Counted from the stretch's first letter, positions 20,156-30,411 are shown. The stretch: DNA of 64,000 nucleotides from a bacterium (GCA_965202625.1 CBDBBI010000010.1:672001-736000); one strand, 5' to 3'. The notes: generated by a model from the sequence alone, not told the origin. Made by a program: numbers and translations.

Positions 20156-20908
20156 TTAGTGAGGCATATGGGCGGGATTCCAGAATTCTCCCGTCCTCAC
20201 CATTTTGGCGATGCGCTCGCCGTGCGGCAACCAGCCGTTCTCGTTCTTCTTCGCCTGGGTTTCGCAGTCGTATTCCACGCGCTTCGTCTCTACGCGCCAT
20301 TCACCGCCACCCTCATATTCTACGACCGAATAGACAGGTCGATAGTCGCCGTCCCAGTTCATGCCCACAGCAGCGGTGCACACTAGGGTCTGCCCGTCCA
20401 CCTCTCGAACGTAGGGGCCGTGCACGTGACCAAAAGCCATGATCTCCGCATCCGTCCCCTGTATCTTCTCCTTCACTTCCGCATCCGTGTATCTCAAGGG
20501 AATCGCATCTTCTATGTCATCCGGCGTGGCGTGGAAGATGAAAAAATCGTGCCCCTTCTCCGGCGTGATCGTCATCGACCATATCAGACTGTCGAGATAG
20601 GCGATCTGCTCGGCGGAGAGTCGCTCCCGGGTCATCTTCACCATCTCGTAAAGCCACACGTGGTGCTCATTCTTGGGCGGATCCGTCTCGTCTTTTCGCT
20701 TCGACACCCACCAGTCGAGATTTCCAGCGAGCACATCCACGTCCTTGCGCCCCATGAAGCGATCCACGACCTCGGCTGGCTCCGGGCCGAGCATGACCAA
20801 ATCGCCAATCACGATCTCCCTGTCCGCGTTTTCCCTCGCCACAGCCTCCTGGACGGCGTCCAAAGGCGCAAGCTGAGCGTGAATGTCTGAGTACAGAACT
20901 ATCTTCAC
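20156..20908 (-). CDS. Metallophosphoesterase (calcineurin-like)
   Basis: SDIHA, GDLV, GNLD, FHATP, FGHVH. Confidence 0.9.
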   Translation of the reverse strand: MKIVLYSDIHAQLAPLDAVQEAVARENADREIVIGDLVMLGPEPAEVVDRFMGRKDVDVLAGNLDWWVSKRKDETDPPKNEHHVWLYEMVKMTRERLSAEQIAYLDSLIWSMTITPEKGHDFFIFHATPDDIEDAIPLRYTDAEVKEKIQGTDAEIMAFGHVHGPYVREVDGQTLVCTAAVGMNWDGDYRPVYSVVEYEGGGEWRVETKRVEYDCETQAKKNENGWLPHGERIAKMVRTGEFWNPAHMPH

Positions 20909-21045
20909 TTCAAAACCCCCTGTTCAGCGCTAAAAAGAATGCCCACGCGCTTCAAAGAGACGAAGCGGACCTCAAGTCCAGCGCACTCAAGGACCCATCT
21001 ATCTCGACTCTCCTTGCTCTTTTGCCGTTGCAGAGACGAAAGGGC

Positions 21046-21198
21046 TCAAAAACCCCATTTCTTCATGGAGCGCGAGAGGGCACGGTGCGCCGCACGACGC
21101 GTCCGATTACGTGCAAAACCAGCCCCTCCTCCCCTCGACCTCGAAGCGCTCGTCAGCATCGAGAGGATAGATAGCATCTTATAGAGTCCTCTGAGCAT
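21046..21198 (-). CDS. 50-aa basic small protein
   Basis: Not in track. GAGAGGAG-7nt-ATG; MLRGLYKMLSILSMLTSASRSRGGGAGFARNRTRRAAHRALSRSMKKWGF*; co-oriented with flanking genes. Confidence 0.6.
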   Translation of the reverse strand: MLRGLYKMLSILSMLTSASRSRGGGAGFARNRTRRAAHRALSRSMKKWGF

Positions 21199-21330
21199 AA
21201 TTCAGCTCCTCTCCCGCTTCATCGCCGCGTAGAGCATCCTCCCCGCATCGGCGACGTGAAATATCTCAAGATTCGCAAATCTTCCGCACACTTCCAACTT
21301 AAAAAGCTGCCTGCCCCGGCTATGAATCCC

Positions 21331-22344
21331 TTAAATTTTCCCGGCTCTTGAGAGTGCCGCTTTCGTCACGCTGGTGTCAACGATATCCTCATAAGAGGGG
21401 ATGTCGCCCTTAATCTTTCCGAGCCGCTTCATGTAGTTAGCAGTGAAAGAAATCGAGTTTGCGGGAATGCCGTTGTTGACACCCCATATCCTCTCTTTCA
21501 CGAAAATATCGTACGTTTTCGACATCACATCCGGGTTCTTCTTGTAGACGGGACGCACCCATTTGGTCGCCGATTTGATGTAGCCCGCCTTATCCTTGTA
21601 GATGGAGCGCGTGGACTGCATCATAGCCATCGCAAAGCGCACATAGGCGCTTTTGTTCGCTTTGATTTTCGACGAGGGCGCAATAAATGCCCCGTAGAAG
21701 AAATTCGGCATTGCTTTCCACAGGTCCATCAGTTTGTTGAAGTTGGGCTTGTTCTTCTTCACCACGAGCACCTGTTCTACGTGAATCACGACAGCATCAG
21801 CCTTTCCCTTCAACAGAAAGGGAACGCGCGCCGGCGGCGGGGTCTTAATGTATTTTACGTCCTTGTCGCTTAAGCCCGCCGTCTCTAGTACGGCGAGCGC
21901 CCCGATGTGGCTGTATCCGCCGCGGCCCTCAATCCCGATGGTGCGGCCCTTCAAGTCAGAGGGCCGCTTGACCTTATCGTTCGCAGCCATCTGCGCCTCG
22001 TTCAAGTAGGCCATAGAGTGGAAAAACTTCATGCCGCTACCCTTGGTGATACCCACCATCGCAATCGGCGCGGGCACCCAGGCGGCGTCCAATCCGCTCT
22101 TTTTGCTCGTTATCGCCCGATGCGTAGCGACGCCACCACGGAAGAATTTCACCTGAACGTCCAGGCCGTGCTTCTCGAAAATCTTGTTGTCGAGCGCATA
22201 AAAAACCGGCAAATGGACCATGACCGGCGGGCGTACGGGCATTCCAAGCAATATCTTGTCCGCGGCCATGGACGGCACCGGCGCCTTCAGCGCCGCTCCG
22301 GCGAGAAGAATTGCCGCACCCAATCCCATCAGCACCTTTTTCAT
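21331..22344 (-). CDS. ABC transporter substrate-binding protein (SsuA/TauA/NMT1 family)
   Basis: Signal peptide, FEKHGLDV, DLKGRTIG; follows permease and ATPase. Confidence 0.9.
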   Translation of the reverse strand: MKKVLMGLGAAILLAGAALKAPVPSMAADKILLGMPVRPPVMVHLPVFYALDNKIFEKHGLDVQVKFFRGGVATHRAITSKKSGLDAAWVPAPIAMVGITKGSGMKFFHSMAYLNEAQMAANDKVKRPSDLKGRTIGIEGRGGYSHIGALAVLETAGLSDKDVKYIKTPPPARVPFLLKGKADAVVIHVEQVLVVKKNKPNFNKLMDLWKAMPNFFYGAFIAPSSKIKANKSAYVRFAMAMMQSTRSIYKDKAGYIKSATKWVRPVYKKNPDVMSKTYDIFVKERIWGVNNGIPANSISFTANYMKRLGKIKGDIPSYEDIVDTSVTKAALSRAGKI

Positions 22345-22399
22345 CTTCCTCTCCTCGTTAAAATGGAAATTTAACTCCTCTCATAAAACATCAACGCTA

Positions 22400-23224
22400 T
22401 CAAAAAGTTTGCTGCACCCTCCAAGATGAGAACTTCCTCTCGCAAATGGCGACTATTTTTGTTAAGGCGATGCCAACTATCATCAATAAGACAACGGGCG
22501 CCAGCCCCTTGTCCAGATCCAAGTCACCGATATAGTCTTGGCTGAGAGCGCCAAGGCCGGAGATACTCATCAAAAATTCCGCGACGACCATCCCAACCAG
22601 CGCGCGCCCGCACGCGAGTCCGAGACCCGCGACGAGGTACGGGACCACGCTCGGGAAGATGAGATCCCGCCAGCGCTGGCTCTCGGTGGAGCAAAAAGAG
22701 CGCGTCACCTCCAGAAGCGAGGCGTCCACGTTCCGGACGCCGTGATAGACGTTCACGATGACCGGCATGATGGCGAAGAAAACCACGATAGTCGTCTTAC
22801 CGACGAAATCAACTCCGAGCACCATTGCGATCGGAAACGCCAGCGCCACCACAGGCGTGGCATAAAGCGCGAACACGTAAGTGTCCACGGCGTATTCAAA
22901 AGTTTGGAAACGACCCATGAGAATTCCCAGAACAATCCCGAATGGAATGGCGATGAGGAGTCCCGCCACCAGAATTTGCGAGCTCTCATAACCGGCGGCC
23001 AGCATCTTGCCGTTCACGAGCAGCTGCCAAAAAGCGATGGATATGGCACTAGGATAGCTGAACGTGACCGGATCGATGTTTCCGGTCTGCCCCATTAGCT
23101 CCCAGCCTCCAATGACGACCAACAAGGATATCAGGCGCACATATATGGCGGGTTGCTTGACGCGTGCCCAAAGCGCGCTCCCCTCCGTCAATGCACCTGT
23201 CACTGTCGGGGCATCTGTGGCCAA
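22400..23224 (-). CDS. ABC transporter permease (SsuC/TauC family)
   Basis: TM helices, EAA-like LLEVTRSF, VVAEF, GLG. Confidence 0.92.
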   Translation of the reverse strand: MATDAPTVTGALTEGSALWARVKQPAIYVRLISLLVVIGGWELMGQTGNIDPVTFSYPSAISIAFWQLLVNGKMLAAGYESSQILVAGLLIAIPFGIVLGILMGRFQTFEYAVDTYVFALYATPVVALAFPIAMVLGVDFVGKTTIVVFFAIMPVIVNVYHGVRNVDASLLEVTRSFCSTESQRWRDLIFPSVVPYLVAGLGLACGRALVGMVVAEFLMSISGLGALSQDYIGDLDLDKGLAPVVLLMIVGIALTKIVAICERKFSSWRVQQTF

Positions 23225-23238
23225 AGGTTTGGAACCTC

Positions 23239-24048
23239 CTATCCGACGCTCAGTTCAGGAATGGGGTCCGGCTCTTTTTCCGGGTTGCGCATCATCTCCC
23301 ACAAATAATGGCGTAACGCTTGAAAGCGCTTGCCGCCCCGGATTTCCTCGAGGTCTCGGCTGCGGCCGAACCCGGTGTCAAACCGAAAGCGTATTTTTCC
23401 GGGCCGCGGAGTCATCACCAGGACGCGATCTCCGAGCAGCAAAGCCTCGTCGATGCTGTGGGTGATGAATATCATGGCCTTCGGCTCGGCGTCGTTGATG
23501 CGCAGCAGCTCCTCCTGCAAGGTCTCCCGCGTGAGTGCGTCGAGAGCACCAAAAGGCTCATCCATAAGCAGAACGTCGGGCTGCGCGGCGAGTGCCCTCG
23601 CCAACCCCGCTCTTTGCTGCATCCCGCCCGACAGCTGCGCCGGGTAGTTTTCCTCGAATCCACCCAGACCCACCAAACTCGTGTAATGTCCCACCAACCT
23701 GTCGATCTCGCTCTGCTCCTTACCCTGTATTCGCAGGGCGTAGCCGATGTTCTGATCCAGGCGTTTCCAGGGGAAAAGGCCAAAATTCTGAAAAACCATG
23801 GCCATCTCCGGCCTCGGGCCGCGCACCGCCTCTCCTTTGAAGGATATCTGGCCCCGCTCACAAAGAATGAGGCCATTCACGATGCGAAGAAGCGTAGTCT
23901 TCCCGCATCCGCTAGGGCCTAGGATCGTCAGAATCTCGCGCGTATTCACGTCAATGTCGATTCCATCCAGCACCTTGAGGGAGCCAAACCATTTTTGGAC
24001 TCCCTCGAGTCGCAATGTCGGGTTCGCGCCGTTATCAATTGGTGGCAT
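23239..24048 (-). CDS. ABC transporter ATP-binding protein (SsuB/TauB family)
   Basis: GPSGCGKT, LSGGMQQR, LLMDEPFGALD, THSIDEA; start uncertain (24048-24105). Confidence 0.94.
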   Translation of the reverse strand: MPPIDNGANPTLRLEGVQKWFGSLKVLDGIDIDVNTREILTILGPSGCGKTTLLRIVNGLILCERGQISFKGEAVRGPRPEMAMVFQNFGLFPWKRLDQNIGYALRIQGKEQSEIDRLVGHYTSLVGLGGFEENYPAQLSGGMQQRAGLARALAAQPDVLLMDEPFGALDALTRETLQEELLRINDAEPKAMIFITHSIDEALLLGDRVLVMTPRPGKIRFRFDTGFGRSRDLEEIRGGKRFQALRHYLWEMMRNPEKEPDPIPELSVG

Positions 24049-24206
24049 GGATGCACGCATTCCTATCAAGAAAGAGCGGCTCGACCGCAACCCAAGAGCG
24101 GACAAAACCCATCAAGAAAATTACGCCCCCTCGTCCCTTAAACTCTATGCGATAGAATATAGGGTAGCATCGTTCCAAGGGGGTAGCAAATACGGAATTT
24201 TCATTC

Positions 24207-24593
24207 CTACCCGAGGACGGCCACAGCTTGTATTTCGACCATCATTTCCGGCCTGGCGAAACCCGCCACCGTAATGAGAGCGCTGGCGGGATATCCATCC
24301 GCAAAATACGCCTTGCGTAACTCGACGAACTTATCCCCGTGTCTTGCGTCAAGGACGAATACCGTCATCGTCACAATATCCCCTAGCGTCCCACCCGCCC
24401 TTTTTAAAATTCTCTCAATCCGGCGAAACGAGGCGCGCACCTGGGCTTCAAAGTCGCCCGCCAGGACATTTTCCCCTTCATCACGCCACACCCCCACGCC
24501 AGCTAACCATATCTGCTCGCCCCCTTTCGTCTTTACAGCGGGGGAGAACGAGCGTTCCTCCTGCCAGGCGCCCCGAAAGTATTCACGTGTCAT
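24207..24593 (-). CDS. Rid (RidA/YjgF) family protein
   Basis: FSPAV, FEAQV, YPASAL, MMVEIQAVA; ATG 24593 with GAGGAG RBS. Confidence 0.88.
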   Translation of the reverse strand: MTREYFRGAWQEERSFSPAVKTKGGEQIWLAGVGVWRDEGENVLAGDFEAQVRASFRRIERILKRAGGTLGDIVTMTVFVLDARHGDKFVELRKAYFADGYPASALITVAGFARPEMMVEIQAVAVLG

Positions 24594-25821
24594 TTGGCAC
24601 TCTCCTCTGATGGTCGTCCTCCTCCTTCTTCTTTCCGCCCAATCGCGCCGACGCCAAGACGGCCAGCCAACCCATGATCGCGAAACAGAAATAGCTCGCA
24701 TCCAGCCCCATTCGCTCGGCAACCCACCCGCCAAGAAGCGGTGCGAGAAAACTCAAGCCATGACAAGAGTAAATAAAACCAACGGATGAGGTCAAAATGT
24801 CGTTTGCCGAGAAATCGACCGCTGCGGTGAGAATGATCGGGCTTACGAAACCGACGACGCCAGTCAAAGCTGCCAGAAGAAGCAAGCCTGTTCGCCATTC
24901 TATGAATGGTGTGACGAAAACAAAGGACCCCAGCAGCAATAGGGGCCAGAACAAGGCGGCGCGTGCACCCCAGCGGTCATACAGAATTCCCATAAGGGGC
25001 TTGGACAGCATCCCGAACCCGAAATGAAGCGATACAGCCACTCCAATCTGCGCCGTGCTCATCCCCAATTTCGATGTCGCCAAGAGAGGAAGGAAGCCTA
25101 TCATGCCCTTGATGCACATGCTCCTTAGCGTATAGGTTACCGCCAGCCATACCGTGTTCTTGTTCGCAACGACCCGTCGGACGATGATGCCAATTCCCAA
25201 ATCCGGGTTTTTCCCTCTCCTGTCTCGTTTTGGACGCTTCTTTTCACCAAAACGAACTCCCACCAACGGCAAAAGAAGGACCGCGAGCGCAGCGCAGGCG
25301 GCGAGTGCGGCGCGCCAACCCGCCATGGCCGCTATGCCCGCCTGCACCAGTGGGATAACGCTGGTGCCTGCGTTGCCACCCAGGCTGTGCCATGAGATGG
25401 CGAACGCGCGGTCGCGCTCGAAACGGCGGGCCGTCAGCGCTGTTCCACAAGGATGATAGACTGAATTTCCCGCCCCGGCGAAAAACGACAAGACGCCGAG
25501 TGCCCAAAAGCGGCTCGCCCAGATCATGGCGATGAAAGACACTGCGGAAACGCTCATACCCACCAGCAAAATTTGTTTTCTTCTGCCCGTGTTGTCCGCC
25601 AATATGGAGAGGGGATATTGAAAAATCATCGCGCCTAGACTAACGGAGCTAAGCAGGGCGCCCGCTTCAAAGGGCGATAGGTTCATGTCTGCAATGATGA
25701 GCGCAAGAACCGGCACCAGCATGTTGCTGAACCCATCACTCAATCCATGGGTCATGCCAATCAGGCTCAAATCAAAATAATCGCCGAGCCCCCAGCGAGG
25801 TTTTCGCTCGTGACGGGTCAT
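24583..25821 (-). CDS. MFS transporter (Fsr-like)
   Basis: THGLSD, LADNTGRR, VYHP, LYDRWG; ATGA overlap with upstream peptidase. Confidence 0.9.
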   Translation of the reverse strand: MTRHERKPRWGLGDYFDLSLIGMTHGLSDGFSNMLVPVLALIIADMNLSPFEAGALLSSVSLGAMIFQYPLSILADNTGRRKQILLVGMSVSAVSFIAMIWASRFWALGVLSFFAGAGNSVYHPCGTALTARRFERDRAFAISWHSLGGNAGTSVIPLVQAGIAAMAGWRAALAACAALAVLLLPLVGVRFGEKKRPKRDRRGKNPDLGIGIIVRRVVANKNTVWLAVTYTLRSMCIKGMIGFLPLLATSKLGMSTAQIGVAVSLHFGFGMLSKPLMGILYDRWGARAALFWPLLLLGSFVFVTPFIEWRTGLLLLAALTGVVGFVSPIILTAAVDFSANDILTSSVGFIYSCHGLSFLAPLLGGWVAERMGLDASYFCFAIMGWLAVLASARLGGKKKEEDDHQRRVPNDT

Positions 25822-26798
25822 GGCGATGAAGGTATATCTCGCCAGGCGGGTACGACTCCCCTGCCGTCGGCCAACATGACCGCGCGGCAAATCGCATGGC
25901 CGGTGGCAGCCATCGCGGCTGCGCCGAGAACGTCGAGCGACTCCTCGCGCTCCCCGTGGGAGAGGGCGAATACCATGTCGCCATCTACCGTCGTATAGCA
26001 AGGGCGAACCACGCGAATGAGCCCATTCGCCGCCAACTGGGCGAGCTTGTGCGTTTGCGGTTTCGTCAACTTAGCGTCCGTCGCCACGACAACCAGCGTC
26101 GTGTTCGCAGAAACGCCCGAGAACCCCTCGAACGGCCTCCCCCGGATACGCAAATACGCTTCGGTATCCACCAAGCCCCGCTCGGGCGGCACTGCCCTAG
26201 GTCCCGCTATGAGGTTGCCCGTCGCCGGGTCATGCACGCCCCCGAAGGCGTTTACCACGGCGACTGCCCCCACCACACCGCCTTTAGGCAGCTCCACGCT
26301 CGCCGTTCCAAAACCTCCCTTCATGGCGCGATCAAGCCCCAGCAATTTCCCGACGGTCGCCCCTGCACCCGCTCCTACACTCCCCTGTGGGCCTTCAGTG
26401 TCCAAAGCCGCCTCGCACGCGGCGCGTCCCATCACGGCGTCCGGACGCACCCGCCCGTCCCCGAAATGCAAATCGAACAGAACGCCGGCAGCCACCGTGG
26501 GTACGCGAAAACGTCCGGCGAAAAACCCCCTGCCCTTCTCCTCCAAGAAAGACATGACGCCATCGGCCGCGGCGAGACCGAACGCGCTTCCCCCCGTCAG
26601 AACGATCGCATCCACGTTACCCACGAGGTGTTCCGAGCGAAGAGCGTCCAACCCGCGCGAGGCCGTCGCCGTGCCGCGCAACTCGCATGCGCCAACGGTT
26701 CCCGGGGGGCAAAACACCACGGAAACACCCGTCCCGGCTTGCTCATCCTGCGCGTGTCCCAAGCGAAAACCCGAGACGTCCGTGATACAGCCTTTCAT
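25818..26798 (-). CDS. P1/S58 (DmpA-like) peptidase
   Basis: ITDVSGFRLGH, LTGGSAFGL, GAGAGA, KGGFG, VNAFG, NTTL, DGD. Confidence 0.92.
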   Translation of the reverse strand: MKGCITDVSGFRLGHAQDEQAGTGVSVVFCPPGTVGACELRGTATASRGLDALRSEHLVGNVDAIVLTGGSAFGLAAADGVMSFLEEKGRGFFAGRFRVPTVAAGVLFDLHFGDGRVRPDAVMGRAACEAALDTEGPQGSVGAGAGATVGKLLGLDRAMKGGFGTASVELPKGGVVGAVAVVNAFGGVHDPATGNLIAGPRAVPPERGLVDTEAYLRIRGRPFEGFSGVSANTTLVVVATDAKLTKPQTHKLAQLAANGLIRVVRPCYTTVDGDMVFALSHGEREESLDVLGAAAMAATGHAICRAVMLADGRGVVPAWRDIPSSP

Positions 26799-26858
26799 GT
26801 AGGCGAGATTCAGATGGAGAACTCCTCAGTCGTCTTTCCGGCGCGCGTCCGTCATTTT

Positions 26859-27527
26859 TCAATCCGGCATGGTGGGTTCGGCATACGCCCGGCCAGGAAG
26901 TTCGCCGGTCTCCAGAACACTGTTGATGACGCGTCGATATTGTTCAACCGGTACTGCGCCCACGAGAACCGCCCTGTCATTCACCACGACGGACGGGATG
27001 CCCGTGATGCCCATGGTCGTGGCCTCGGCGTATTCCTTGAGTGCTTTTTGCCTCAAACCCCCGCTTTCGAGGGCGTCGTGGAATCTATCCATGTCCAGGC
27101 CGCTTTCCTTCGCCACGTCGTGGACGACTTCCTTGTCCGAGATATTGCGGTTTTCAGTGAAAAAAGCGACCAACAAATTGTCATGAAACCTGTCCCACGC
27201 CTCCGCTCCCTGGAATCTCGCGGCGAGGCCGGCTTCCGCCGAGGGCATGGAGCAGTTCGGAAATTCCTCCTCGTTATTCTCCCACATCGTGAAGTCTCCG
27301 GAATCCAGATGGGCGTTCGCGTTTCTCCAGTTGTTTTTGCGATAATCGTTGAACACCGTCGACGGGTCGGGCGCGGGTCTGAGCATGAAAACCCGATACT
27401 GAATGTCCACCTTCTCCCTATATTCCTCCTTGATCTTCTTCAGACGCACGGCCGAATTGAAGCACCAAGGTCACAAAAAATCGCTGTACACCGTGAAGCG
27501 CACAGGCGCGTTGGCGTTATTATTCAT
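26859..27527 (-). CDS. DsbA/FrnE-like thiol-disulfide oxidoreductase, selenoprotein (UxxC)
   Basis: ATG 27527 with AAGGAG RBS; MNNNANAPVRFTVYSDFL-TGA(27471-27473)-PWC continues in frame to GITGIPS and GAVP; downstream hairpin. Confidence 0.88.
27427..27470 (-). promoter_or_regulatory. Candidate bacterial SECIS element
   Basis: Immediately 3' of UGA: CCUUGGU/AUCAAGG lower stem, CUUCA/UGAAG upper stem, apical GGC-CGUGC-GUC. Confidence 0.65.
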
Positions 27528-27951
27528 CTCGTCTCTCCTTTGCCTCCGCCATCAACTGGAATGCCTCTGTTCCAAGAGCTCGGATTCTGGGATAAGGCAG
27601 TAAAAAGCGTGGACGCCAAAGTTCTCGCCTTCATCGCTTGGCGCCGATCTCGCCCAGGGACGCGCTTCCCCTCCCTCTTCGATTCTTGTTCCCTCCACTT
27701 GATGGTCGCACCCTTAGAAATGCTTCGTCAACGTGTACAAATCCTCTCACTTCAAACGATGCGACGTTGCTTGAGCGCACACCACCTGAGCGGGGCTCTT
27801 TGCGAGGTCTCCCAGAAGGAGGTGGGAAAGATCATATCCTGCTGGATTGACGCACCGAGCGAGGGGACGCCCAGGCCGGTCGCTCTCAGAAGGGCGGAGG
27901 TGTTGGGAGAGGTGCGCTGGATGGCGCGGAGTTTTTGAGGGAGGAGGTGGC

Positions 27952-28503
27952 ATGGGACGGACGACGAACGGGTTGCTCGCCATCGTTATGATGCTGACTC
28001 TCATCTCCGGGTGCGCGGCCAGGCGCGCGCTTACGCGGGCGCAATATATGACAATGGTGAGCAGAACGTATGAAGGCGTGAAGCCGAAAGAGGCCATCGC
28101 GGCGGCCGAGAAACTGTTAAGACTCGCGGACGAGGAGGACATCACCTTTCAGCATTCCGAGCAAGGCTTCCGGGCACACAGGGCGTGGCTCCTGTACTTC
28201 GTGCTCGCCGCGGCCACCGGCACGGATATCTGGACTGTGACCGCCGCGCCGGTTGAGGGAGGAGCAAAGGTCACCATGTATCTTCACCGGGTGGGCGGCG
28301 GCATCATTCCCAGCGGAGTGTTTCCGGCCGATACGATGGCCATCTACGACCTGTTCTGGGGGCGCATGGATTATTTGCTCGGCCGGCGTGATAGATGGAT
28401 GACCTGCGAGGAAGCGCAATCCCGCGTGAATCAAGGGATCACGTTTGGCTCCCTGGAGTATCTGTGCCTGTTCACGGACGACAAAAAGCCGGAAGGAAAG
28501 TGA
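27952..28503 (+). CDS. Lipoprotein of unknown function
   Basis: GGAGG RBS; MGRTTNGLLAIVMMLTLISG-C lipobox; two further Cys near the C-terminus. Confidence 0.8.
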   Translation: MGRTTNGLLAIVMMLTLISGCAARRALTRAQYMTMVSRTYEGVKPKEAIAAAEKLLRLADEEDITFQHSEQGFRAHRAWLLYFVLAAATGTDIWTVTAAPVEGGAKVTMYLHRVGGGIIPSGVFPADTMAIYDLFWGRMDYLLGRRDRWMTCEEAQSRVNQGITFGSLEYLCLFTDDKKPEGK

Positions 28504-28732
28504 CTGTAAATGGAAGGGGAATCCATGAAAAGATGGATGACGTTTGTTTGCGCGCGCGGGTGAGGTGCGCTGCCATTACGACGGAAGCGGCCAATCGATG
28601 AGTATGGCTATGATGTTCTTGTTCTTGCTTTTCTCCCCGCCAGGTCGCGCCCAGCGACACCTGGCGCGGCCTCGTGGTCGCCCTCCTCATATCCAGGGGC
28701 ATCCCCTCATGAAACGGGTTTGGCGGGAGGAC

Positions 28733-30136
28733 TCACCCGTCACTGAGAGGTTCTCCCCACAAAACGTCCGACCTTGGGGCAACGCGATGGATCCGGGCTT
28801 TTTCAGGAGGAGAACCGAGGCGCATCCGAACCGTGCGACCCACCCACTCGTCTGCTCCTAAGGCTAGCACTCTCACATAATTGTCCGACAAACCGGTGAG
28901 AAAACCATCTTCCGTTCGCCTCCCCTCGAACAATACGTCTGCTTCTTTCCCCGTTTGCGAAGAGACGAACGCGGCCCACTTCCTGCACCCCAATGCCTGG
29001 AGGGCGCGGACGCGCTTTTTTCGCTCGCCGTGAGGAATTTCTCCCGACATCCGCAGAGCTGAGGTTCGCTCGCGCGGTGAATACGGAAAAACGTGCACAT
29101 ACGCCAAAGGAGACTCTCGCACCCATTCCATCGTCCGCCCGAACGCTTCCTCACTCTCGCCGGGAAATCCAACGATGAAATCCCCCCCAAGACATGCCCC
29201 GTCTATCTTGCCGGCAATTTCCTTGAAGCGACGCGCACATCGGGAGGCGGTGTAGTTGCGATTCATCGCTTCGAGAACTCCATCGTCTCCGCTTTGCACG
29301 GGTATGTGGAAATGGCGACATACAGAAGTTTGACGCCTCCCCGCGCTGGGGGCACAAGCCTTGGCCGCTACAACTCGAATGAGCTCCCGAGTGAATTCGC
29401 CCGGCTCCACCGAGGAGAGCCTAAGCCTGAACCCACCCTCGATTTCCAGCAGTCGCCCCACCAGTCGACTTAAAGTGCCGCGCGGCTTCAGATCCCTGCC
29501 ATACGCTCCGAGATGCACTCCGGTGAGCACCAACTCCTCGTGTCCGTTCGTCAGGAGCGCATGGGCGCGCCTCACGCATGACTCCACATCCAGGGAGCGA
29601 CTTTTGCCACGGGCGATGGTCGTCGCGCAAAAAGCACAAGCGAAATTACACCCATCCTGCACCTTGAGGTACGCCCTCGTCTGGTTCTCGAATGCGGGCA
29701 GGATAACGCTTTCGACGTCGAGGGCCTCCTCTATAGGAGCGACCCGAGTCTCAGGCTTTTCATTTCTCAAAAGTGGTTTCGCCAACTCATCGGGAAGGTT
29801 TAGTTTTTCCCTGTTTCCAAGCAAAAGGTCCGCCTCGGGAATCAGCATTTTCTCCATGTTCGCCTGAGCGGAGCATCCCGCTATTACCACCCGGGCGTTC
29901 GCGCCGCCGATTCGTCTGGCCCGGCGCGCCAATCGCCTGCCCTCTCGGTCTGCCTCCGCCGTCACAGTGCAACTGTTCACCACGTAAACGTCCGCTTCGC
30001 CGTTAAACGGGACGAGCTCGAACCCCGCTTCGGCACACAGGTGCTTCATGGCCTCACCTTCGGCGTGATTCAACTTGCAACCCAGATTTGTGAGGGCAAG
30101 GCGAAAAGGTCTAGTGCCTTCGCTTGTCGCTTTCAT
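28733..30136 (-). CDS. mtaB: tRNA t6A37 methylthiotransferase
   Basis: LGCKLN, NSCTVT, GC, KVQDGCNFACAFC, RLRLSSVEP, HVFPYSPR, DNY; start MKATSE at 30136 preferred. Confidence 0.93.
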   Translation of the reverse strand: MKATSEGTRPFRLALTNLGCKLNHAEGEAMKHLCAEAGFELVPFNGEADVYVVNSCTVTAEADREGRRLARRARRIGGANARVVIAGCSAQANMEKMLIPEADLLLGNREKLNLPDELAKPLLRNEKPETRVAPIEEALDVESVILPAFENQTRAYLKVQDGCNFACAFCATTIARGKSRSLDVESCVRRAHALLTNGHEELVLTGVHLGAYGRDLKPRGTLSRLVGRLLEIEGGFRLRLSSVEPGEFTRELIRVVAAKACAPSAGRRQTSVCRHFHIPVQSGDDGVLEAMNRNYTASRCARRFKEIAGKIDGACLGGDFIVGFPGESEEAFGRTMEWVRESPLAYVHVFPYSPRERTSALRMSGEIPHGERKKRVRALQALGCRKWAAFVSSQTGKEADVLFEGRRTEDGFLTGLSDNYVRVLALGADEWVGRTVRMRLGSPPEKARIHRVAPRSDVLWGEPLSDG

Positions 30137-30411
30137 GCACGCTACCTCAAGAAACGTTGGAAAGGCGGTGGTCTCCACGACGAATCTTACGCCTTGCACA
30201 AATCGCCCAGCAAGGGTTCTCTCGCTTGACTTGAGCCAGAAGCAGTTATAGAATGTAGTTGCTCGCGCCAGAGTCATGGGGGGACTGTCCGGTAATTTCG
30301 TTCCGAGCGCTTTATTCATCCCCCTAATTTGAAGGTATCACTCGGCGTCGTTTCACTTTTATTGTAGGCGTTGCGACATTCTATTCAGATGCTCAGGGAG
30401 AGATTCTGTCT

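Noticed and set aside
25896-27938. 680-aa + strand ORF
   Set aside because: Antisense shadow of the peptidase and DsbA genes, with no motifs; the same applies to most other overlapping track ORFs
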